The position numbers and the translations under genes were made by a program. Below the pieces are notes generated by a model, which ran no database searches, was not told the DNA's origin, and saw only the letters and a program-made list of their open reading frames with translations. This document shows, piece by piece, positions 8,526 through 19,765 of a stretch of DNA of 43,697 nucleotides; position 1 is the stretch's first letter, and every line of letters starts with the position of its first letter. Location of the stretch: positions 231,793 through 275,489 of the forward strand of contig JAQGDQ010000270.1 in the NCBI GenBank assembly GCA_030141605.1, read 5' to 3'. This DNA comes from Tubiluchus corallicola. Taxonomy: Eukaryota > Animalia > Priapulida.

Positions 8526-11500
8526 ATGACAAAACAGAAGAAATTTATCACCTGTGATGGCAATTATGCTGCATCTCATATTAGCTACATGTTTAGTGAG
8601 GTGGCATGTATTTACCCCATCACTCCTTCGTCACCAATGGCAGAAGTGGTAGATGAGTGGGCTGCAACCGGGCGCGAGAATATTTTTGGGCAACCTGTGC
8701 GTCTTGCGGAGATGCAGAGCGAGGGTGGAGCTGCCGGCGCTGTTCATGGCGCGTTACAATCTGGCGCATTGGCATCGACTTATACAGCTTCTCAGGGATT
8801 GTTATTGATGATCCCGAATATGTATAAGATTGCTGGGGAGCTATTGCCTACGGTTTTTCACGTTAGTGCGCGTACACTGGCATCTCAGGCACTGTCAATT
8901 TTTGGTGACCATAGTGATGTTTATGCTTGTCGTCAAACGGGGTTTGCGTTACTTGCTACTGGCTCGGTACAGGAGGTAATGGACTTGGGGGGTGTTGCTC
9001 ATCTCGCTACTCTTAAAACAAGAATTCCATTTCTACACTTTTTTGATGGTTTCCGCACTTCGCATGAGGTTCAGAAAGTTGAAGTACTGGAGAAGGAGGA
9101 TTTTCTACCACTACTCGATATGGAAGCCATCCAGTCTTTTCGCGATAGTGCACTGAATCCTGAGCATCCTGTTACTCGTGGTACAGCGCAGAATCCTGAC
9201 ATATTTTTCCAGGCGAGAGAGGCATCAAACAGGTTTTATGATGCTGTACCTGATGTTGTGGAGGAGTATATGCAGGATATATCTAGGATAACCGGTCGTG
9301 AGTACCATCCGTTTACATATTATGGTTCTAAAGATGCTGAGAATATAATTGTTGCTATGGGGTCTGTTACGGAGACTATACGTGAAACGATTGATTATAT
9401 GGCTGGTCAGGGGAAGAGTGTCGGGCTTGTTTCTGTGCATCTGTATCGTCCATTTTCTGAAAAATATTTTTTAAAAGTACTTCCTAAAAGCGTTAAGCGC
9501 ATTACTGTACTTGATCGCACAAAAGAGCCGGGTGCAAATGGAGAGCCGCTATATTTAGATGTGCGTGATATTTTCTACGGGAAGCAGAATGCTCCTGTTG
9601 TGATAGGTGGCCGTTATGGATTAAGCTCCAAAGAGACAACCCCTTCGCAGATAATATCAGTATATGAGAATCTTGAGATGGCAGAGCCAAAGAATGGTTT
9701 TACGCTGGGTATTATTGATGATGTTACATTTAAATCATTACCGTTAAAGCCGGAGGTTAAGGTGTCTCCGGATGGGCTTTACGAGGCAAAGTTTTATGGT
9801 TTAGGGTCGGACGGTACTGTTGGGGCAAATAAAAATTCAATTAAGATTATAGGTTCTGCAACCGATAAGTACTGTCAAGCATATTTTGCTTATGACTCCA
9901 AGAAGTCAGGAGGTTTCACAGCTTCGCATCTTCGTTTTGGGGATGAGCCTATTCGCTCTACATACTTGATTACTACGCCGGACTTTGTGGCGTGCCATGT
10001 TCAGGCTTATCTTACCCAGTATGATGTACTGAAAGGATTAAAGCGGGGTGGTTCATTTTTGCTTAATACAATTTGGGATGAGGGTGAGGTGAAAAAGCAT
10101 CTCCCCAATAGTATTAAGAGGTATCTGGCGAAGAATGATATTAAGTTTTATATTATTAACGGAACAAAGCTTGCTGTTGATATCGGGCTTGGGAACCGTA
10201 CAAATACTATAATGCAGTCTGCATTTTTTAAGGTAACGGAAGTGATACCTTATAGTCTGGCTGTAGATGAGATGAAGAGAGCCATTGAGAAATCGTATGG
10301 TGCAAAGGGAGAGAATATTGTTAACATGAATTTTGCCGCTGTTGATGCAGGAGGGTTACATGTTCGGCAGGTTGAAGTTCCTTCTGAGTGGTGCAGTATT
10401 AGCTCTGACGAGGGGGATGAAAATGATAAGCGCCCCGAGTTTATCAGCAAGTTTGTGGATGTCATTAATGCACAAAAAGGGGATGATCTGAAGGTGTCTG
10501 CATTTAGTGGTATTGAAGATGGAACGCTTCCTGCTGGGACTTCGGCGTATGAGAAGCGCGGTATCGCAGTGAGTGTCCCAGAGTGGGTGTCTGATAACTG
10601 TATTCAGTGTAATCAGTGTGCTTATGTGTGTCCTCATGCAGTGATACGCCCTTTCCTTATTGATGAGAAGGAGATGGCAGGTGTTCCTGAAGGGACGAAG
10701 GTTATAAAGGCAAATGGCAAACAGTTTGCCGGGCTTCAGTTTCGCATTCAGTTGAGTCCTCTGGACTGTACAGGGTGCGGGAATTGTGTTGATGTTTGTC
10801 CATCTAAAGAGAAAGCTCTTATTATGAAACCGTTGGATACTCAGGAGGCTGAGGTTGCTCGTTGGGAGTATTTCGACAGCAACGTCTCTTATAAAGATAA
10901 GCTGGTGGAAAAAAGTAAGAGTGTGAAGAATTCTCAGTTTGCTCAGCCTCTGTTTGAGTTTTCAGGTGCTTGTGCCGGTTGCGGAGAGACACCATATATC
11001 AAGCTTATTACCCAGCTGTATGGCGAGAGGATGCTTATAGCTAATGCAACGGGGTGTTCTTCAATTTATGGAGGTTCGGCTCCAGCAACCCCTTATTGTG
11101 AGCATAAGGAGTCGGGGTGTGGGCCGGCGTGGGCAAATTCTCTTTTTGAGGATAATGCTGAGTATGGGTTTGGTATGGCAGAGGGTATTATTTTCCACAG
11201 AGATCGTATTGAGGAGGTGATGAAGAGAGCGCTTAGCGATGGTGTTAGTGAAGAGGAGCGTGATGCTTTTACTAAATGGATAGAGGGTCGTGAGGATGCT
11301 GATGCTTCTGTTGAGTTGTCAGATAGAGTGCTTAAAGCAATAGATGGTAGTAGCACGTCACATGCTGCAGAGATTATGTCGTTAAAGCAGTATCTTATCA
11401 AGAAGTCGGTATGGATAATAGGTGGCGATGGATGGGCGTACGATATTGGCTATGGTGGAGTAGACCATGTGTTGGCTTCAGGGAAGGATGTAAATATACT

Positions 11501-12071
11501 GGTTTTGGATACAGAAGTTTACTCCAATACAGGAGGGCAGGCTTCCAAAGCGACACCTGTAGGGGCCGTTGCTAAGTTTGCTGCTTGTGGAAAACGTATC
11601 CGCAAGAAAGACCTGGGCGCTATATTCATGAATTATGGTTATATATACGTTGCACAAGTGGCAATGGGAGCTAGTCAGTCTCAGTATCTTAAGACTGTCA
11701 GGGAAGCGGAGGCTTTCCCCGGCCCGTCAATTATAATAGCCTACTCGCCATGTATAGCACATGGGTTAAAGGTATCAATGGGACGCACACAGGAGCAGGA
11801 GAAACGTGCTGTGGCTTGTGGGTACTGGCAACTATTTCGTTTTAATCCTCTGCTGGAGAACGAAGGGAAGAATCCATTTCAGCTGGATTCTAAAGAGCCG
11901 GACTGGAGCCTGTTTCAGAAGTTCCTTAACAGCGAGGTGAGGTATACTTCACTTAAAAAGTCATTTCCCAAGGAGGCAAATCAACTGTTTAGGGCTTCTG
12001 AAGAGGATGCCAAGTGGAGATATCGCTCATACCAGCGCATGGTGTCAATGGATTGGGTACTAGAGGAATAG
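8526..12071 (+). CDS. nifJ: Pyruvate:ferredoxin (flavodoxin) oxidoreductase
   Basis: YPITPS, QSEGGAAG, GLGSDGTVGANKN, two CxxCxxCxxxCP motifs, GGDGWAYDIG TPP motif. Confidence 0.98.
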   Translation: MTKQKKFITCDGNYAASHISYMFSEVACIYPITPSSPMAEVVDEWAATGRENIFGQPVRLAEMQSEGGAAGAVHGALQSGALASTYTASQGLLLMIPNMYKIAGELLPTVFHVSARTLASQALSIFGDHSDVYACRQTGFALLATGSVQEVMDLGGVAHLATLKTRIPFLHFFDGFRTSHEVQKVEVLEKEDFLPLLDMEAIQSFRDSALNPEHPVTRGTAQNPDIFFQAREASNRFYDAVPDVVEEYMQDISRITGREYHPFTYYGSKDAENIIVAMGSVTETIRETIDYMAGQGKSVGLVSVHLYRPFSEKYFLKVLPKSVKRITVLDRTKEPGANGEPLYLDVRDIFYGKQNAPVVIGGRYGLSSKETTPSQIISVYENLEMAEPKNGFTLGIIDDVTFKSLPLKPEVKVSPDGLYEAKFYGLGSDGTVGANKNSIKIIGSATDKYCQAYFAYDSKKSGGFTASHLRFGDEPIRSTYLITTPDFVACHVQAYLTQYDVLKGLKRGGSFLLNTIWDEGEVKKHLPNSIKRYLAKNDIKFYIINGTKLAVDIGLGNRTNTIMQSAFFKVTEVIPYSLAVDEMKRAIEKSYGAKGENIVNMNFAAVDAGGLHVRQVEVPSEWCSISSDEGDENDKRPEFISKFVDVINAQKGDDLKVSAFSGIEDGTLPAGTSAYEKRGIAVSVPEWVSDNCIQCNQCAYVCPHAVIRPFLIDEKEMAGVPEGTKVIKANGKQFAGLQFRIQLSPLDCTGCGNCVDVCPSKEKALIMKPLDTQEAEVARWEYFDSNVSYKDKLVEKSKSVKNSQFAQPLFEFSGACAGCGETPYIKLITQLYGERMLIANATGCSSIYGGSAPATPYCEHKESGCGPAWANSLFEDNAEYGFGMAEGIIFHRDRIEEVMKRALSDGVSEEERDAFTKWIEGREDADASVELSDRVLKAIDGSSTSHAAEIMSLKQYLIKKSVWIIGGDGWAYDIGYGGVDHVLASGKDVNILVLDTEVYSNTGGQASKATPVGAVAKFAACGKRIRKKDLGAIFMNYGYIYVAQVAMGASQSQYLKTVREAEAFPGPSIIIAYSPCIAHGLKVSMGRTQEQEKRAVACGYWQLFRFNPLLENEGKNPFQLDSKEPDWSLFQKFLNSEVRYTSLKKSFPKEANQLFRASEEDAKWRYRSYQRMVSMDWVLEE

Positions 12072-12099
12072 GCATTATATAAAGTATATACATGTTAGT

Positions 12100-12135
12100 G
12101 AAAAGCCCGGACGTAGTTTCGGGCTTTTCTGTTTT
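12100..12135 (+). terminator. Intrinsic terminator of nifJ
   Basis: GAAAAGCCCG-loop-CGGGCTTTTC followed by TGTTTT. Confidence 0.85.
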
Positions 12136-12336
12136 ACCCACCATATATGTTATGCTATCCTGTTTTTGCAAAGTGTAATGTTTAGAGAAAGTTGATAAAA
12201 GAGCCTCAGTTTACCGGTGCAGCGGGGTTTAGAAGAGAGCATTAGTAAAAGGATGAGTTTGGCAAATGCCTCAGTTTTTGTATATTTTAGAGAATTATGA
12301 TTAATTTGAGCGTATAATTTGAGTAAATAGACTACT

Positions 12337-13122
12337 ATGAAAAGGCGTAATTTTCTCCGTGTTACAGTGGTGGGCTCTGCCGTGGTAAGTGTATTGGCAT
12401 GTGGTACCACTCCTGTTTTATTTTCATCGAGGAAGCAGGTTTATGAGCTAAGGGAGTATGAGCTTGTTGCTCCTGAGCGACAAGAGCTTCTTGATAGGTA
12501 TTTTCAGTATGGGCTTATACCTGCTTTGAACAGAGACGGAATATCTGATGTAGGAGCGTTTAAAGAGATTGAGGCAGATAATCCAGCAAAGGTATATTTG
12601 CTAATTCCTTATCCTTCAGGAAAAAAGTTTTTTCAAATGGAGGAGAGGTTGAGCAAGGATAAGGCGTATGTCGAGCATCTCAAGATTTATGATGGTATAC
12701 CAGTTGAAGACCGGGTTTTTAGCCGTTATAAGATACACTTGCTGGAGGCTTTTGATGCTATTCCTATGCTTGAAAAGCCCATACCTGCGACAGAGGATAG
12801 GGTGTTTGAGTATCGTACCTATGAGAGTTATAGTGAGGATGCAGGAAGAAGAAAGATAGAGATGTTTAACAGGGAGGAGCTAGAGCTTTTTAGGCAGATA
12901 GGCCTGAGTCCGGTGTTTTTTGGTAAGGTGTTGGCGGGTGATGTCATTCCCGGGCTGTCCTATATGCTCTGTTTTCATAATATGCAGGAGATGGAGGAGA
13001 AGTGGGAGCGGTTTAGAAGTAGTAAAGAGTGGGGAGAGATGAAGGATAAGCCTGAGTACAACAATACCGTAAGTAAAGTGGTCAAGCGTTTTTTAAAACC
13101 ATTGTATTATTCCCAAATATAG
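12337..13122 (+). CDS. NIPSNAP family protein with twin-arginine signal
   Basis: MKRRNFL; two YELREY/FEYRTYES repeats; KIEMFN, PVFFG, FLKPLYYSQI end. Confidence 0.85.
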   Translation: MKRRNFLRVTVVGSAVVSVLACGTTPVLFSSRKQVYELREYELVAPERQELLDRYFQYGLIPALNRDGISDVGAFKEIEADNPAKVYLLIPYPSGKKFFQMEERLSKDKAYVEHLKIYDGIPVEDRVFSRYKIHLLEAFDAIPMLEKPIPATEDRVFEYRTYESYSEDAGRRKIEMFNREELELFRQIGLSPVFFGKVLAGDVIPGLSYMLCFHNMQEMEEKWERFRSSKEWGEMKDKPEYNNTVSKVVKRFLKPLYYSQI

Positions 13123-13204
13123 GGGGAGCTTTTGTGTTGGCTGTTGTTTTAAAAGTTTTATTTTACAGTTTTTAGACTGTTTGAAAGTTACTTCCCATCT
13201 CCTA

Positions 13205-13447
13205 GGTTAAGTTTAGCTTGTTTATTATTAATGATATATAGTTGGAAATCTAATGAGTTGCTGTGTCCCAATTTGCAATGATTATTGCAAATTCTGTGCA
13301 AAATCTTGTAGGTTAAGATAGGAAAATCGTTAGGTTACAATCAGATGAACCTACAAGTTCTGTGAAACAGAAAAAATTGTCCTTAAAGGGTTTTGAGAAA
13401 CACAGCGAAAAGCGAAGCGAAAAATCTTATTGCTGTCTAAGCTTTTT
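13205..13447 (-). repeat. Dispersed repeat: 3' half of part A joined to part B, inverted copy
   Basis: Reverse complement reads GCTTAGACAGCAATAAGATTTTTCGCTTCGCTTTTCGCTG...CTTGTAGGTTCATCTGATTG..CGATTTTCCTATC. Confidence 0.85.
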
Positions 13448-13519
13448 ATTATTGTATACCAGATCAAAACATACAAATAGTAAATTTTACTTCAACAAAA
13501 ACTAATTCATAATGGGTGA

Positions 13520-14230
13520 TTAATTAGCACGTATGAACGGTACGAAGCGTACAGGGAAAAGGTACTCTTTTTTCATTTTATTATTTTTATTTTTTGTAAT
13601 CAGCATAAGCATTTGTGTTTGTGATGGTGAGTCGACCGGGATAATCATTTTACCTCCCTTTTTCAACTGTTTTATAAGTGGGGGAGGTATTTGCTGAGCA
13701 GCGGCAGTTACCACTATTGCATCAAATGGTGCGTGTTCCTGCCAGCCTACATATCCATCGCCTATTTTTACCACGACATTATCGTACTCCATATTGTTTA
13801 GTCGTTTCATTGTAGCTTTTCCTAATGCCTCTATGATTTCAATTGTGTAGACTGTGTCAACTATTTCTGCCAACACAGCTGCCTGATATCCGGAACCTGT
13901 TCCTATCTCCAGTACTTTAAATCCTGGCTTAGGCTTAATCGCCTCAGTCATATAGGCTACTATGTATGGTTGTGAGATGGTTTGTCCATAACCAATTGGT
14001 AAAGGTGTGTCCTGGTATGCGGCTTCCTTATAGTATTCGGGTACAAACAAGTGGCGTTCAACACTCATCATGGCTTTCAATACCGTTCTGTTGGATACAT
14101 CTCTGCTTTTTATTTGATGGTCCACCATTGCTTTTCTGCGTAATTCAAATGTATCCTGCCCATATCCGACAAGTGTAAGGCTTATGGAGTATACTGATAG
14201 TAGTACAATTATTGATAGTTTTGTCCTCAT
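13520..14230 (-). CDS. pcm: Protein-L-isoaspartate O-methyltransferase
   Basis: GQTISQP, VLEIGTGSGYQAA, APFDAIVVTAA, VRFVP. Confidence 0.96.
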   Translation of the reverse strand: MRTKLSIIVLLSVYSISLTLVGYGQDTFELRRKAMVDHQIKSRDVSNRTVLKAMMSVERHLFVPEYYKEAAYQDTPLPIGYGQTISQPYIVAYMTEAIKPKPGFKVLEIGTGSGYQAAVLAEIVDTVYTIEIIEALGKATMKRLNNMEYDNVVVKIGDGYVGWQEHAPFDAIVVTAAAQQIPPPLIKQLKKGGKMIIPVDSPSQTQMLMLITKNKNNKMKKEYLFPVRFVPFIRAN

Positions 14231-14467
14231 TTGCTTGTGATTTTACAGTTGTATGCTTTAGAAAGCAGCAAAGTCATGTAAGTTTTTGTCCGAAGTATCT
14301 TGGTGTTAAAGCTATTTTAACATCGTGCAAGATAACCTTTTCATCGAATAAACGGAACAGTTTGAAGCACAAAGGGTATATATTCTGTTTTTAATATAAT
14401 TACCAAAGAAATAATACGATACTTTTTGCTAATATGCTTTTTTTCAAAGAGAAAATTGAGGGCATTA

Positions 14468-14499
14468 TTTGGAATTCACTGTAAAAGTATATAGGTTTG
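14468..14499 (+). promoter_or_regulatory. sigmaA promoter of the aspartate kinase-metY-metA operon
   Basis: TTTG (14468-14471), 20-nt spacer, TAGGTTTG (14492-14499): Bacteroidota -33/-7 consensus. Confidence 0.7.
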
Positions 14500-14639
14500 T
14501 CTTAGCAATATATCTCCTTCTGCGATGTGTCTGTTTTAGGCTATGAGAAGAGCCTACTGATTGGGCTTTATAAAGTTTTTACATCATGCAGATAATATGG
14601 TGAGATGTAAAGTGTCCTAATGAAAAATAGAAAAAGAGA

Positions 14640-14750
14640 ATGAGAGAGTTGATCACGACATCCGCGACTACGAAAGGTAATAAAAGTTTAACCATTTTTA
14701 CCTTGCTCTCTTATATGTGCCTCTTTATAGTTTCCATGTACATGTTATAG
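14640..14750 (+). CDS. Putative regulatory leader peptide, 36 aa, Thr- and Met-rich
   Basis: MRELITTSATTKGNKSLTIFTLLSYMCLFIVSMYML*, immediately followed by hairpin TCTTCAGT/ACTGAAGA (14751-14781). Confidence 0.55.
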   Translation: MRELITTSATTKGNKSLTIFTLLSYMCLFIVSMYML

Positions 14751-14846
14751 TCTTCAGTCTTATTTTTTTATGTACTGAAGAGATTGTAGAAGCTTGTTTT
14801 TGTAAGCTCCAATAGTTTTATTCGCCTATTTTAGTACTGCACTTAA

Positions 14847-16238
14847 ATGATTATTATGCCAAGAGTTGTTGTAAAGGTTGGTGGCTCCAACCTGAAGTAT
14901 AAGAAGGATATTCATCGCGTTATTGAAGTAATAAAGAGTTATGACCAGCCTCTTATAGTTGTTATTTCCGCATTTTATGGAGTAACTGATTATCTTATAA
15001 GTTCACTGGAAGAGGCACCTCTTAATGAGGGTATGGCTAAGAAGGTAGCTAGATGCTTGTATGATCAAAAGAAAGAGATACTGCAGGAGCTTGTGGCTGA
15101 TAAGTCTGATCGAGAGTCTATATTAAACAGTATATCAGAGGTGTTGCTGGATTTGGAGAAGTACCTTCATGGGGTTGCATTGACGGGTGATGCTTCACGG
15201 GCGTTGGAGGATAATATTCTATCTTTTGGGGAGAGATTGTCAGCTACATTACTACAAGGGGTTTTAGCAGGTGAAGGGTTACAGGCTGAGGTTGCTCTGC
15301 CCGAGAATATAGGGCTATATACAAATGGGGAGTTTGGAAATGGGACTATTGATTTTGCGCGGTCGACTTCACCTGTGAGAGATGCTCTTGCAAAGAAGCA
15401 GATATTTATTGTCCCCGGATTTTACGGGATATCCGAAAGCGGCAAGGTTACCCTTCTTGGGAGGGGAGGTACTGATTATGCAGCGGCATCAATAGCACGA
15501 TGTGTAGGAGCCTCTTCATTAGATATATGGAAGGATGTTGACGGGTTTCAGAGTGCCGACCCCAAGCTTATTGATAATCCTGTAAGAATAGATAGGCTCA
15601 CCTATACAGAGGCTTCGGAGCTGGCCTATTTTGGAGCGAAGATACTTCACCCCAGGACGGTGGAACCTCTTTCTGCTCCACATATTCCTATTCGTATATT
15701 TAATATACGTGGTAAGCTGAACGCAGCCTCACCTCTTTCTGTAATCAACTCTGAGTCTTATGTTCGTGAGGGTATAATCAAGAGTGTTGCGTATAGTGAT
15801 GAGTTCGGCATTCTCAAATTGATGGGGCCTGGTGTTGGGCTAAAGCCAGGTATCCTGGCTAAGGTTGCCACTGCTTTGTGTAATGAAAATATAAATATAA
15901 ACTCCGTTATCACATCACAAATCTCAATAAACATGCTGCTGGCAAAAAAAGATCTGCGCACTGCTTATGAAGTTGTCAGTTCAGTTGATCTTGCTACTGT
16001 TGGCGAAGTGGTGATGAATGAGAGTGTGTCTGTGGTTGCCGCTATTGGCGATGGGCTGATTGATAATTATGGAGTTGCAGCACGCATTTTTTCTTCAATG
16101 GCTGAAAGAGGTATAAATGTTATTATGAGTTGTTCTGGGGCTTCATCTGTGGTAAGTTATTTTCTTGTAGATGAGGCAGACAGGACGGAGGCCATCAGGG
16201 CTGTGCATGATGAGTTTTTTGGGTTGGCAAGAGGGTGA
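14847..16238 (+). CDS. Aspartate kinase with C-terminal ACT domains
   Basis: VVKVGGSN, ILSFGERLS, TLLGRGGTDY, ELAYFGAKILHP. Confidence 0.95.
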   Translation: MIIMPRVVVKVGGSNLKYKKDIHRVIEVIKSYDQPLIVVISAFYGVTDYLISSLEEAPLNEGMAKKVARCLYDQKKEILQELVADKSDRESILNSISEVLLDLEKYLHGVALTGDASRALEDNILSFGERLSATLLQGVLAGEGLQAEVALPENIGLYTNGEFGNGTIDFARSTSPVRDALAKKQIFIVPGFYGISESGKVTLLGRGGTDYAAASIARCVGASSLDIWKDVDGFQSADPKLIDNPVRIDRLTYTEASELAYFGAKILHPRTVEPLSAPHIPIRIFNIRGKLNAASPLSVINSESYVREGIIKSVAYSDEFGILKLMGPGVGLKPGILAKVATALCNENININSVITSQISINMLLAKKDLRTAYEVVSSVDLATVGEVVMNESVSVVAAIGDGLIDNYGVAARIFSSMAERGINVIMSCSGASSVVSYFLVDEADRTEAIRAVHDEFFGLARG

Positions 16239-16262
16239 AGTTAGAGGTTTAGTTATTTTTAA

Positions 16263-17582
<1,320 letters not shown>

Positions 17583-17751
17583 GCGCGTAGCAGCTTGGGA
17601 GTGTAGCCCAGTTCTATTCAGTATTGTTTGAAGTATTTCAGTCTCATTGTGGGTGTTGTAAATGATAGTTCAGCAGATAGTTTTGATGAAAATATTAGTA
17701 AGTGTGTGGTTCTTATAAAGATTTAGGAATAGGTTATAAATTAAAAGAGTA

Positions 17752-18669
17752 ATGCCACTAAAGATACCTGATAAGTTACCGGCTATAAAGCTACTTCGAG
17801 AGGAGAATATTTTTGTTATGAGCGAAACTCGCGCTGTGCATCAGGATATACGCCCACTCAAACTGGTTATCTTGAACCTTATGCCATTAAAGATAACAAC
17901 GGAGACAGATTTACTCAGACTTTTATCCAATACACCTCTTCAGGTTGAGATAGACTTCCTTAGGGTTGAAGGGCATGCCTCAAAGAATACTTCTGCTGAG
18001 CACATGAAGGCTTTTTATAAATCTTTTGGAGAGATAATGAAGAGCAACTATGATGGGATGATAATCACCGGCGCACCAATAGAGCATATGCCGTTTGAGG
18101 ATGTTACATACTGGGATGAAATGCAGAAGATACTGGACTGGTCACTCAGGCATGTAACCTCAACAATGCTCATTTGCTGGGCAGCACAAGCAGGGTTGTA
18201 TCATTTTTACGGAATACCTAAGTATCCTTTGGGGAAAAAGATGTTTGGTGTTTTTGAGCATCATGTTACCGATAAAAATATCCCTATATTCAGAGGGTTT
18301 GATGATGCTTTTTATGCACCACATTCAAGGTATACAGAGGTGAGGAGAGAGGATGTGGAAAAGGTAGGGGAGCTGGAGGTTGTTTCTTATTCTGAGGATG
18401 CTGGTATCTACATGGTGATAGGCAATAATGGCAGGCAGATATTTTTAACCGGACATTCTGAATACTCCCGATTTTCATTACATAGTGAGTATCAGCGAGA
18501 TCTGTTAAAAAGAACGTCGATAGAGATGCCACGTAATTATTATTTAAAAGATAATCCAGATAGTTTCCCTATGTTAAGGTGGCGTTCGCATTCCAGCTTG
18601 TTGTTTTCTAATTGGATGAACTACTATGTATATCAGGAAACGCCGTATAATATAGATGATATAGTGTGA
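17752..18669 (+). CDS. metA: MetA-family homoserine O-acyltransferase, probably acetyl-specific
   Basis: ILNLMP, ITGAPIE, ICWAAQA catalytic Cys, GHSEY, NYYVYQETPY. Confidence 0.96.
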   Translation: MPLKIPDKLPAIKLLREENIFVMSETRAVHQDIRPLKLVILNLMPLKITTETDLLRLLSNTPLQVEIDFLRVEGHASKNTSAEHMKAFYKSFGEIMKSNYDGMIITGAPIEHMPFEDVTYWDEMQKILDWSLRHVTSTMLICWAAQAGLYHFYGIPKYPLGKKMFGVFEHHVTDKNIPIFRGFDDAFYAPHSRYTEVRREDVEKVGELEVVSYSEDAGIYMVIGNNGRQIFLTGHSEYSRFSLHSEYQRDLLKRTSIEMPRNYYLKDNPDSFPMLRWRSHSSLLFSNWMNYYVYQETPYNIDDIV

Positions 18670-18910
18670 TATGAGTCCTTTGTAAAGGTATCTGCTAATT
18701 ACTTTTTGCCAAAGTTTTACTTAAAAGACTTTGGTTATTCTGCTAAGCCACGGTTTATTATTGACTCTCCTTCTAATCCGAATCCGGAGAAGCATCTTGT
18801 GCTGTAAAAGATTCTATATATGCGATTTTTTCAGTGCCAGGACAGATGTTGACAAGTAGGTGTAAAGTTACTAAATTGAAGAGTATACGGATGTTTTATA
18901 TTTATAGGGA

Positions 18911-19765
18911 ATGTACCGCTTTGCTTTTTCTTTTGTTTTATGGATTTTGTCTTTTGCTGCTTATGGACATCCACGCCTGCTTCAACCTGACAACCCCGGC
19001 ATATCTGTAGGTGATACGGTGGACAGTAGTAATCAGTCTGTACTGCAGGAAGAGTTTAATGGGAGTATGAGCTTGTGGGTAAAAGGAGAAGTTAGTGAGC
19101 AGGGAGTTGCGAACGAAAGCAGCAGTGGTGTAAGCTTGCGTGATCTTTACAGTGTTTCTGATTTACTGAGAATAAAAAATGAGATGGATAGAGATATTCC
19201 TCGGCAAGGAAAGAGAACAAGCAAGAGCAAGGGAAAACAAAAGAGAGCCAAACTTATGAGAATTGAACCTTTGAGAGGTGTTGCCATTTCTGCACAGGTT
19301 TTTGCATTTGGTGATACTGTATCTGGTCAGCTTGCAGGATTGGAGCATCGAAACAAATTGTTACAAATGATGGCGCTTCAGCAGTTAATTGCTAGCTCCA
19401 ATAAGGGTGATAAAGGTCTGGGTGAAGGGGTGGAGCTGGAGGTTGATGGCCTTATTATAGATGAGACACGGTCGAAGGTGGGGCGTGATTTTTATGATGT
19501 GTTTTACACAAATTGGGAAGCGCCACCAGAAACCAGCAATTATTCTATCACCATTAAGGAGATGCCTCCCAAAAGGGGGCGCGTGTATGTGGCGGCGTTG
19601 GTTGACGGGGAGGAGGTTTTCTCGACCCATCTCTCTCCTGGAATTGAGATAATTGAGTCGTATGCGTTATATACTATTCAGCTGATCACAAGCTATCTTA
19701 ATAGTCGAAATGAGATGTTACGCACGCTTGAAGATGAGGATATGGCAGGTACAGGTATTTTTTGA
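18911..19765 (+). CDS. Secreted protein with a C-terminal CsgE (curli assembly)-like domain
   Basis: Signal peptide; EVDGLIIDETRSKVGRDFYDVFYTNW..NYSITIKEMP..EDMAGTGIF resembles CsgE. Confidence 0.75.
   Translation: MYRFAFSFVLWILSFAAYGHPRLLQPDNPGISVGDTVDSSNQSVLQEEFNGSMSLWVKGEVSEQGVANESSSGVSLRDLYSVSDLLRIKNEMDRDIPRQGKRTSKSKGKQKRAKLMRIEPLRGVAISAQVFAFGDTVSGQLAGLEHRNKLLQMMALQQLIASSNKGDKGLGEGVELEVDGLIIDETRSKVGRDFYDVFYTNWEAPPETSNYSITIKEMPPKRGRVYVAALVDGEEVFSTHLSPGIEIIESYALYTIQLITSYLNSRNEMLRTLEDEDMAGTGIF

Noticed and set aside
14500-14846. SAM riboswitch or T-box in the met operon leader
   Set aside because: No recognisable consensus motifs by eye; an Rfam scan would settle it.
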